The notes under the pieces: generated by a model
Databases searched by the model: none
What the model saw: the letters and a program-made list of their open reading frames with translations, nothing else
Told to the model about the DNA's origin: nothing
Assembly (NCBI GenBank): GCA_009698575.1
Contig: WLPX01000003.1
Location: 36,310-100,309 of the forward strand
Reading direction: 5' to 3'
Origin: Actinomycetota bacterium
Lineage (GTDB): Bacteria; Actinomycetota; Actinomycetes; S36-B12; UBA5976
DNA: 64,000 bases
Shown here: positions 54,627 through 62,054 of the stretch, piece by piece
How positions within the stretch are numbered: position 1 is the stretch's first letter
Layout of the letters: the number at the start of each line of letters is the position of its first letter
Made by a program: the position numbers and the translations under genes

Positions 54627-55978
54627 GCTGACCTGCGCTCATTACGGATTTCGGCATATGCTTTTCCAATTGCAAGCTCAGTGCGATCTAGCATTTCTTC
54701 GGCAACTTCTGGCTTTAACAAAATTCCTGGCTTGTATTGCAGCACTCGAGGATCAAGCGTGGAGAAGATTGCCCAAACGCCGTTTTCGTATAGATGGCGC
54801 ATTACGTACTTTGCGCCTTGTGGGTGTGCAAATTCCAAACCTAGAATCACGCCGTTTTGCCGGATGCCAATAAACCAATCTGGGTAAGTTGCCTGAACTT
54901 CTGCAAGCCGCATGCCAACGTAGTCGGCAATGTAATGAACCATTGATCGAGTTTCTTCGCGGGAACAAATTTCTAAAGTCTTGAGTGCTGCAATACATCC
55001 AAGTTCAGCGCCACCGAAAGTTGAAATGTGTCCGAAGCCATCTTCGTTCAACCAACCGGCTGCCTTTTCAGTTGCAAGAACAGCTGCGATTGGATACAGG
55101 CCACCCGAGATGCCCTTACCTGTGACAAGAATATCTGGAGTAATGCCGTGCTTAGTAATTCCCCAAAGTTCGCCAGTTCGCATCAAGCCGGTTTGAACTT
55201 CATCTGCGATGTATAGCGCGTCGTACTTTTCGCAAAGAAGTTTTACTGCTTCTAAGTAACCTGGGTTTGGCAGTGGGAAGCCATAAGTCGCTGGAATCGT
55301 TTCCATAATTACTGCAGCAACATCGCGACCCCGGAGCGCATCTTCCATAGCCTCTAAATCATTGAATGGCACATGCGGAAATTCTTCGGGACGATCTGAA
55401 AGAAATAGCTTGGAGAAGCGATCGTCGCCTGTACCTACGGCTAATCCAGTGTGGCCGTGATATGCCTTAATGATCGAAACAATTTTTCGTTTTTGCGTGG
55501 CATGACGTGCAGTCTTGAGTGCAATGTCAATGGCTTCACCTCCGCCGGATCCATAAATAACTTTGCTTAACCCAGCAGGGGCAGTTTTGATTAATGCCTC
55601 TGCTAACGCAGTTCTAGCAAGAGATGGGAAATGGTGGTTGCCAATATCAAAATGTTGCATTGCCATTGTTACGGCTTGCACAACTTCAGGATTACGGTGA
55701 CCTAAGTTATAAGTTCCACCGTTTAAGTGCGCATCAATCAGGCGCTTACCTGACATGTCATAAATGAAATATTCTTCGCGCCGATCAATTACCAGCGGCA
55801 CTCCAGAGTCAATCCAGAATTGAGTTTTACCCGGATTCCAAAATTCTTTGGACTTATCAAGCATCTGCTCTTTGGAGTCATATGAAAAAAGTCCGTAGTC
55901 GAATTCGGGGGCAGCAACTTGTTCTTGGGTCATCCCGAAACCTTTCGCTCTCTCCTGGAATCTGTATTTACAGATCAC
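54623..55978 (-). CDS. Class-III aminotransferase-fold PLP enzyme (candidate amino-alcohol O-phosphate phospho-lyase)
   Basis: PLP lysine in DILVTGKGISGG and DEVQTGLMRTG. The likely true start is ATG 55933 (MTQEQV, preceded by GAAAGG) rather than 55978. ATGA overlap with the AldDH. Confidence 0.85.
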   Translation of the reverse strand: MICKYRFQERAKGFGMTQEQVAAPEFDYGLFSYDSKEQMLDKSKEFWNPGKTQFWIDSGVPLVIDRREEYFIYDMSGKRLIDAHLNGGTYNLGHRNPEVVQAVTMAMQHFDIGNHHFPSLARTALAEALIKTAPAGLSKVIYGSGGGEAIDIALKTARHATQKRKIVSIIKAYHGHTGLAVGTGDDRFSKLFLSDRPEEFPHVPFNDLEAMEDALRGRDVAAVIMETIPATYGFPLPNPGYLEAVKLLCEKYDALYIADEVQTGLMRTGELWGITKHGITPDILVTGKGISGGLYPIAAVLATEKAAGWLNEDGFGHISTFGGAELGCIAALKTLEICSREETRSMVHYIADYVGMRLAEVQATYPDWFIGIRQNGVILGLEFAHPQGAKYVMRHLYENGVWAIFSTLDPRVLQYKPGILLKPEVAEEMLDRTELAIGKAYAEIRNERRSA

Positions 55979-56289
55979 CTGATCAAATGATTACACAGAA
56001 TTAGACCAAAAGACCATACCTTTTAGCAACTTTTGGTTGAATTTTGGTTTAACAACTAAAACCCTATAAATCCACAGTTTTACTGGCTAGTAAGTCCGAT
56101 TTGTCGCTTTCTGTGTTGATTTTTATACCAAATAGAATTTTCTGTTGACCAAAAAAATGGACAAAACTCATTCAATTTCATTGTTTTGGGGTTTGGTTTC
56201 TGGCAAAGTCGAACCAACCGTGTGACTGAGGTCACCGCAAGTGAGCAATGTCGGGAGTTCCTCGACGTTAAAACGAAAGGGTCGAATGC
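55979..56289. promoter_or_regulatory. Divergent control region between the BMC operon and the permease gene
   Basis: 311-bp AT-rich spacer. It holds the direct repeat AGACCAAAAGACCA (56003-56016), TTTTGGTTGAATTTTGGTTT (56031-56050), further ACCAAA copies, and the palindrome GTGAC-TGAG-GTCAC (56222-56235). Confidence 0.45.
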
Positions 56290-57870
56290 ATGTCGACAAA
56301 TAAAGATAGCCAACAAGGCCTTCGCAAAGGTGCCATTGGTTTGGTTGCGGTTCTATTTATGGCGGTAGCAAATGCTGCTCCGATCACTGCAATGAGCTTC
56401 AACATGCCTGTTGGTGTTGGTTGGGGTAACGGAATCGGTGCACCTGCCGGTTTCCTATTTGCAACGATCGTTTTATCGATTTTCTCAATCGGGTTCTCTG
56501 CCATGGCAAAGCGCGTTACAACTGCAGGCGCTTTTTACGGATTTATCTCTCATGGCCTAGGTCAAGTTTGGGGTATGGCGGCAGGTCTACTTGCTACCAT
56601 TTCGTACATTCTTTTCGAAGGTACCTTAATTGGTGGTTTTGCATTCTTCGCTTCAAACACCTTGAGTTCAATGGCTGGAATTGATGTCAACTGGTTGATA
56701 CTCGCAATCGGCGGCATGATCCTGATTTGGGTTTTGACTTATTTCGACATCACACTTGCTGCGGCAATTCTCAGCGTTACTTTGGTTGCTGAAGTGCTAT
56801 TACTTCTGGCTTTCGGCATCAGTGTTCTAGTTAAGGGTGGACCAGACGGATTCATGGTTTCTGAAACCATTTCCCCAATGGCTGCCTTTGGAAACCTTGA
56901 GGCTGGAGCATATGGATCGAGCGTTGCAGCTGGTACCGCAGCACTTGGTATCTTCTTTGCTTTCTGGTCATGGATTGGCTTTGAAACCACTGCTGCATAC
57001 GGTGAAGAGTCCAAGGATCCAAAGCACGTTGTCCCTCGCGCCACAATGATCGCCGTTATCGGACTTGGTGTGTTCTACACATTCGTTTCCTGGATGGCAG
57101 TTGTCGCAAACGGTGCAAAGACTTCTGTGGAAGTTGCTTCCGGATCCACTGGTAACCCAGTTGATCTTTGGTTAATCCCAGTTCAGGCAAATCTAGGTTC
57201 GCTTGCAGAAAGTACTTACCGAGTACTTTTGGTAATCGGTTCATTTGCTTGCGCCATGGCATTCCACAATGCTGCTTCACGCTACGTATTTGCACTTGGT
57301 CGCGAACTTCCATTTGCCGGAATCCGCACGCGTCTAGCAAGCACTCATCACAAGCATCAGTCACCAGCTGTGGCATCTACTGTGGTTACCGCAATCAACA
57401 TCGTTATGGTTCTCTTGTTTGCAACCTACTCAACTGCTTGGACTTCAGATCCAGCCGTTGCAGGCGCAACCTCAGACCCTAACTTGTTGCCATACGGAGT
57501 TATCTACACTGTTCCGTCACTTGTTGGAACTGCATTTATTCTGGTCGTTCAGGTAATCTGCTCATTTGCAGTTATCGGCTACTTCTGGGGTAAGAAGAAG
57601 CACAAAGGCAATGTTCTAACTACCTTGGTTGCTCCACTCGTTGGTGCAGCAGGCATGATCTACGCTTTAGTTCTGCTCTTCGCTGCAGTTGGTTCAGGCT
57701 TTGCCGCCGGTTACCAGTCAAACTCATTGATGGTTAAGTACCTGCCGCACGAAATTGCAGGAACTTTGATCTTCGGTTTGCTGTATGCCCTATGGGTCAA
57801 GTCCAAGCATCCAGAAATCTACGAAGAAATCGGTCGTACGACTATGGAAGAAGCTCACGAGCGCGTGTAA
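56290..57870 (+). CDS. APC-superfamily amino acid/amine permease
   Basis: 526 aa with about 12-13 TM helices. Typical APC N-terminal region GAIGLVAVLFMAVANAAPITAM. Confidence 0.85.
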   Translation: MSTNKDSQQGLRKGAIGLVAVLFMAVANAAPITAMSFNMPVGVGWGNGIGAPAGFLFATIVLSIFSIGFSAMAKRVTTAGAFYGFISHGLGQVWGMAAGLLATISYILFEGTLIGGFAFFASNTLSSMAGIDVNWLILAIGGMILIWVLTYFDITLAAAILSVTLVAEVLLLLAFGISVLVKGGPDGFMVSETISPMAAFGNLEAGAYGSSVAAGTAALGIFFAFWSWIGFETTAAYGEESKDPKHVVPRATMIAVIGLGVFYTFVSWMAVVANGAKTSVEVASGSTGNPVDLWLIPVQANLGSLAESTYRVLLVIGSFACAMAFHNAASRYVFALGRELPFAGIRTRLASTHHKHQSPAVASTVVTAINIVMVLLFATYSTAWTSDPAVAGATSDPNLLPYGVIYTVPSLVGTAFILVVQVICSFAVIGYFWGKKKHKGNVLTTLVAPLVGAAGMIYALVLLFAAVGSGFAAGYQSNSLMVKYLPHEIAGTLIFGLLYALWVKSKHPEIYEEIGRTTMEEAHERV

Positions 57871-57878
57871 CGTACAAA

Positions 57879-57925
57879 CAAATGAAATTGGGCATCAGCA
57901 TTGCTGGTGCCCAATTTCATTTTTA
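57879..57925 (+). terminator. Intrinsic terminator after the permease gene
   Basis: Long inverted repeat AAATGAAATTGGGCATCAGCA / TGCTGGTGCCCAATTTCATTT (one G-U pair) followed by a T-run. Confidence 0.8.
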
Positions 57926-57978
57926 AAGACTTCTTAAACCATAGGGAATTGCTCGACTAAATCGACAAGAATAAGGGC

Positions 57979-59016
57979 ATGACACTAGAGATTTGCAATT
58001 GGGCGCCGGATGAAGATGCTGATCCAGCCACACACACTTTCACATTTGGTGGACGTGAGGGTGTAGTTAGCGTAAAGCCAGGAACCATAATTGATTCTTG
58101 GTCCTTTGACTGCTTTGGTGGCCGGGTTAAATCTGCCAGTGACATGTCAACACAAGTTTGTGACCCTAGGTTTCTAAATCCGCAAACCGGACCGTTCTAT
58201 GTCGAAGGTGCCGAGCCAGGTGACACCTTGGCGGTTCACTTCATTTCTATTGAACCCCGTGAGGCTTGGGGCGTTAGTACGACTGTGCCATTCTTTGGCG
58301 CGCTTACTTCAACGCCGACAACTGCAACTTTGCAACCCGCACTTTTAGAACGAACTTGGATTTATGAATTGGACTTAACTGAGCGCTTAGTTAGATACGC
58401 AGCAGCTGACACTAAGTTCACAGCCGCACTGCCATTAGATCCGATGCACGGCACCGTCGGAGTCGCGCCCGCACTTGGCGAAGTTCGCTCATCTTTAACT
58501 CCAGGTGACTGGGGCGGAAATATGGATACTCCTGAAATGCGCGCTGGCGTTACTTGTTATCTAGGCGTAAATGTTGAAGGTGCATTGTTTTCATTTGGCG
58601 ATGGACATGCGCGCCAAGGTGAAGGTGAAACTTGTGGTGTCGCCGTTGAGACTGCCATGGATACCGTACTGATAATCGATTTGATCAAGGGAACTCCAAC
58701 GCCTTGGCCGCGTATTGAATCCGACGATTACATAATCACCACTGGCTCAACCAAGCCACTGGAAGATGCATTCCGAATCGCACATTCCCAGATGGTTCAT
58801 TGGGTTAGCGAACTAACCGGCCAATCAACTTTGGATAGTTATCAGTTCGTTTCGCAAACCGCTTTGACTCCAGTGGCAAATGTGGTTGATACCAACTACA
58901 CGATGGTTGCTAAAGTCGCCAAGGAATACTTAGGTAGTGTGAACGTAATGCAAGGAATGCATCACAAAATGCGAGCCAAAGCAGCGCAGTGGCAAACGTA
59001 TAAGAAAGGCAACTAA
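57979..59016 (+). CDS. Acetamidase/formamidase-family amidohydrolase
   Basis: 345 aa. FmdA/AmdA-like features: NPQTGPFYVEGAEPGDTLAVH and GNMDTPEM...GDGHARQGEGE. Confidence 0.75.
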   Translation: MTLEICNWAPDEDADPATHTFTFGGREGVVSVKPGTIIDSWSFDCFGGRVKSASDMSTQVCDPRFLNPQTGPFYVEGAEPGDTLAVHFISIEPREAWGVSTTVPFFGALTSTPTTATLQPALLERTWIYELDLTERLVRYAAADTKFTAALPLDPMHGTVGVAPALGEVRSSLTPGDWGGNMDTPEMRAGVTCYLGVNVEGALFSFGDGHARQGEGETCGVAVETAMDTVLIIDLIKGTPTPWPRIESDDYIITTGSTKPLEDAFRIAHSQMVHWVSELTGQSTLDSYQFVSQTALTPVANVVDTNYTMVAKVAKEYLGSVNVMQGMHHKMRAKAAQWQTYKKGN

Positions 59017-59450
59017 TGCCAAGGGTAGAACGCATGGAAATTGATTTAGCGCTCGCAATTGAAATGACCAATGCTGCTAAAGCTAAAGCAATTGAAATTA
59101 ATGCCCCCATGTCAATTGCCGTGCTTGACGCAGGTGCAAATCTGCTTAGCTTTCAGCGCATGGATGGCGCCGAACTTGCGGGGCCTAATTTGGCAGTTGA
59201 TAAGGCTTACACGTCAGTAACAAATCGAATTGAGACTGGCGACTTGCGAGCGCGAGTTGCACCTGATGGTGACCTGCCAGGCATGAACGCAAACGGTAAC
59301 GGTCGTTACATCGCATTCGCTGGCGGTATTCCGTGTTGGGATGGCGATCGCGTAATTGGAGCCATCGGAGTAAGTGGTGGCTCATGGGATGAAGATCAAA
59401 TATGTGCCCAGGCTGGAATTGAAGTATTTAAGCGAGCATGCCAGGCATGA
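59016..59450 (+). CDS. GlcG/DUF336 (PduO C-terminal-domain-like, putative haem-binding) protein
   Basis: 144 aa: ISIAVLDAGANLLSFQRMDGA...DKAYTS...GAIGVSGGSWDEDQ. TAATG junction with the amidase gene. Confidence 0.8.
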   Translation: MPRVERMEIDLALAIEMTNAAKAKAIEINAPMSIAVLDAGANLLSFQRMDGAELAGPNLAVDKAYTSVTNRIETGDLRARVAPDGDLPGMNANGNGRYIAFAGGIPCWDGDRVIGAIGVSGGSWDEDQICAQAGIEVFKRACQA

Positions 59451-61687
59451 TTCCAAACGAGCCAATTGGCCGCTTTCGTTTTATGAACGAGCAGCGCGTC
59501 AATCTCGACGGTTTTGCAACTCCCGAACCTGAGTTAGGACTAGTTGCATTCAATGGCATAAACGATCCAGCTCCTTCATTGATAATCAATGCCGGACGCA
59601 TTGTGGAAATGGATGGTCGGGGCGAATCAGATTTTGATTCAATCGATGAGTTCATCGCCCGGCACGGAATTGACTTAAGTGTTGCCCAAGAAGCTATGGC
59701 AATCGACAGCACGGAGTTTGCTCGCAGACTCGTTGATCCCAATCATTCTCGAAAAAGCATTGTGCAACTTGCCTCTGGGATGACACCTGCAAAGTTAGCC
59801 GAGATACTTTCCCTACTTACTGCCGCAGAATTAGTTATCGCAATGACAAAAATGCGAGCAAGGCGTACGCCGAGTAATCAGGCGCATGTAACTAACAGGT
59901 CGGATGATCCGCTATTGCTTGCCGCTGATGCCGCAACTGCCGCCGCATTTGGATTTAGAGAACTTGAAACCACAGTTCCAGTTGCAGCCGATGCGCCATC
60001 TAATGCAGTTGCAGTATCAATCGGAGCGGCTGTTGGCTCGCCTGGCGTGCTAGTGCAGTGTTCGGTTGAAGAAGCCGCAGAGTTAGCCCTTGGCATGCGT
60101 GGATTAGTTTCGTACGCAGAAACGGTTTCGCTTTATGGAACTGAACAAATTTTTATCGATGGTGACGACACTCCGTGGTCTAAAGCATTTCTAACTAGCG
60201 CCTACGCCAGTCGTGGCATCAAAATGCGAGTTACTTCTGGTGGTGGTTCCGAAGCCCTGATGGGCGGTGCTGAAAAATGCAGCATGTTTTATCTTGAGGC
60301 GCGCTGCGTTGCGCTAGCTCGAGCAATCGGCGCACAAGGTGTGCAAAACGGTGGAATCGATTCAGCTTCAGTTGCTGGTGCCGTACCAGGTGGTGTTCGT
60401 TCCTTAATGGCAGAAAACGTAATGGTGATGTTGCGAAATCTCGAAGCTTGCACAGGTAACGACGCGCTAATGAGTGAATCTGACGTTCGGAGAACTTCGA
60501 GAACTCATCCAATTTTTATTGGCGGCTCCGACTTTATTAATAGTGGGTTTGGTTCAATCCAGCGCTACGACAATATGTTTGGGCCAAGTCAGTGGAATTC
60601 TGAAGACATCGATGATTTCTTGGCTATGCAACGCGACTGGGGTGTCGATGGTGGTCTTCGCACCGCAAATGAAGTCGAAGTTGCCAGATTACGGCGGCGC
60701 GCAACGGAAGCAGTAAGTGCGGTTTATTCCTGGTTGGGACTAGGCGATTTTTCCCAAGAGTGGGCCGAGCAGGCCATTGATGCGGCTGGCTCTAAAGATA
60801 TTTCTTCGGGCGACTTGATGCTTCCACTAACTGCAGCTCGCACAATTATGGAAACCAATGTAACCATGCTTGACGTCATCGCAGCCCTTGCCGAAAATGG
60901 TTTCGATCTAGAGGCGCAACGTTGCTTGGACATGCTTAAGGCTCGAGTTGCAGGTGACTACTTACAAACTTCAGCAATTTTCGACGAAGAAATGAATGTG
61001 CTTTCGCTAGTTACAGATCCAAATGAATACTCCGGTCCTGGAACGGGATATCAACCGACGCCTGCTCGACAGGCACAGATCGACACCATTAGACAGCAAC
61101 GTTCAGTTGCTGACTTACTTGTGGAACAAAAAAGTTTTGGAAACAAGAATATTTTTGCAACTGGATCTGCTGAAGTTAGTTACGACCCGCGTGATGTTGT
61201 TATCGGTGTCTCACCTGCCACTGGTAAAGACATTTGGGTCACACTCTCTGGTCTAAGTGTTGCCGATGCGATAACTGAAATCCTGGCTGGTCTCGAAGAA
61301 GAGGGTTGCGTTGGACGCATAGTTCGCATCAATGACTCACTTGATTTGGGCATGATCGGGTTAACTGCTGCCCGACTTTCCGGATCTGGTGTCAGCGTTG
61401 GATTGCAAGCAAAGGGAACTGCATTAATTCATCGCAGAGATTTAGCTCCACTGGCAAACCTCGAGTTGTATTCAGTTGCTCCGACAATTACGCGCGAGCT
61501 TTATCGCATGATGGGAATCAACGCTGGTCGCCATGCAAAGGGAGCTACGCCCGAACCAGTCCGCAATCCATATTCGGATGAAGCAATTGAAGCGCGCTAC
61601 CACACCAAAGTTGTTTCATTAGTTGCGATTGAACGTAATTGCGTAACTAAAGAAGTCCCAGAAGTTATGGAGCTGAGGAAGTCATGA
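59438..61687 (+). CDS. pduCD: Coenzyme-B12-dependent diol/glycerol dehydratase, fused large (alpha) + medium (beta) subunit
   Basis: 749 aa. Residues 1 to about 550 are collinear with PduC (MTPAKL, MRARRTPSNQAHVTN, DGDDTPWSKAFL, YLEARC, DNMF, GDYLQTSA). Residues from about 586 to the end are collinear with the PduD core (VVIGVSPATG...LSGSGVSVGLQAKGT...NLELYS). An alternative start at ATG 59447 gives an ATGA overlap with the DUF336 gene. Confidence 0.9.
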   Translation: MPGMIPNEPIGRFRFMNEQRVNLDGFATPEPELGLVAFNGINDPAPSLIINAGRIVEMDGRGESDFDSIDEFIARHGIDLSVAQEAMAIDSTEFARRLVDPNHSRKSIVQLASGMTPAKLAEILSLLTAAELVIAMTKMRARRTPSNQAHVTNRSDDPLLLAADAATAAAFGFRELETTVPVAADAPSNAVAVSIGAAVGSPGVLVQCSVEEAAELALGMRGLVSYAETVSLYGTEQIFIDGDDTPWSKAFLTSAYASRGIKMRVTSGGGSEALMGGAEKCSMFYLEARCVALARAIGAQGVQNGGIDSASVAGAVPGGVRSLMAENVMVMLRNLEACTGNDALMSESDVRRTSRTHPIFIGGSDFINSGFGSIQRYDNMFGPSQWNSEDIDDFLAMQRDWGVDGGLRTANEVEVARLRRRATEAVSAVYSWLGLGDFSQEWAEQAIDAAGSKDISSGDLMLPLTAARTIMETNVTMLDVIAALAENGFDLEAQRCLDMLKARVAGDYLQTSAIFDEEMNVLSLVTDPNEYSGPGTGYQPTPARQAQIDTIRQQRSVADLLVEQKSFGNKNIFATGSAEVSYDPRDVVIGVSPATGKDIWVTLSGLSVADAITEILAGLEEEGCVGRIVRINDSLDLGMIGLTAARLSGSGVSVGLQAKGTALIHRRDLAPLANLELYSVAPTITRELYRMMGINAGRHAKGATPEPVRNPYSDEAIEARYHTKVVSLVAIERNCVTKEVPEVMELRKS

Positions 61688-62049
61688 ATTTACAAATTGG
61701 TTTTTCCGGAAAGAATGTCTCTGAAGTTACGGTTGAATCAATTCGTCGCGGAGACATAACTCTCGATGACGTACGAATTCATCCGAGTACTTTGTCGCAT
61801 CAAGCTGACGTTGCCCGCGAAAATGGCAATCCTCAACTCGCGGAGAATTTTCTGCGGGCCGCAGAATTGACTGGGCTGCCAGATGAAACGGTTTTGCGAT
61901 ACTACGACGCACTCCGTCCCGGCCGATCGACTGCACAAGATTTACTTCAAATTGCTGATGATTTGGCAGCCATTGGCGCAGTCAAAAACTCCGAATTGTT
62001 TCGCCAGGCTGCAGATGTCTATGCTCGCCGCGGGCTTACCGCAAAATAG
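61684..62049 (+). CDS. pduE: Diol/glycerol dehydratase small (gamma) subunit, short form
   Basis: 121 aa: DDVRIHPSTL..QADVARE...NFLRAAELTGLPDE..L.YYDALRPGRST, collinear with the PduE core. ATGA overlap with the fused alpha-beta gene. Confidence 0.88.
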   Translation: MNLQIGFSGKNVSEVTVESIRRGDITLDDVRIHPSTLSHQADVARENGNPQLAENFLRAAELTGLPDETVLRYYDALRPGRSTAQDLLQIADDLAAIGAVKNSELFRQAADVYARRGLTAK

Positions 62050-62054
62050 TCCTT

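Larger units (their letters stand above)
47957..57870. other. RMM-type (amino-alcohol / aminoacetone utilisation) bacterial microcompartment gene cluster
   Basis: Contiguous set: regulator, SDR, APH kinase, 2 BMC-T, 1 BMC-H, 1 BMC-P, a protein carrying an encapsulation-peptide-like helix, an acylating AldDH with C-terminal EP, a class-III aminotransferase-fold enzyme, and a divergent permease. Junctions are 1-4 nt overlaps or short spacers. Confidence 0.85.

Noticed and set aside
54405-54887. 160-aa plus-strand ORF spanning the AldDH/aminotransferase junction
   Set aside because: It is antisense to two well-supported, translationally coupled genes and has no motifs.
56080-56504. Two 78-aa minus-strand ORFs in and around the divergent control region
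   Set aside because: One overlaps the permease 5' end in antisense. The other lies in AT-rich promoter DNA with no SD and odd composition (Cys/Phe/Arg-rich). They are more likely non-coding regulatory DNA.
57871-57978. Possible cobalamin riboswitch upstream of the B12 dehydratase operon (also considered upstream of 35929 and 16257)
   Set aside because: The spacer is only 108 nt and is mostly occupied by the permease terminator hairpin. I saw no B12-box-like core in any of the three leaders. A covariance-model scan would be needed to exclude one formally.
59428-59742. 104-aa minus-strand ORF at the start of the dehydratase gene
   Set aside because: It is antisense to the PduC-like N-terminus, which aligns residue by residue with known large subunits.
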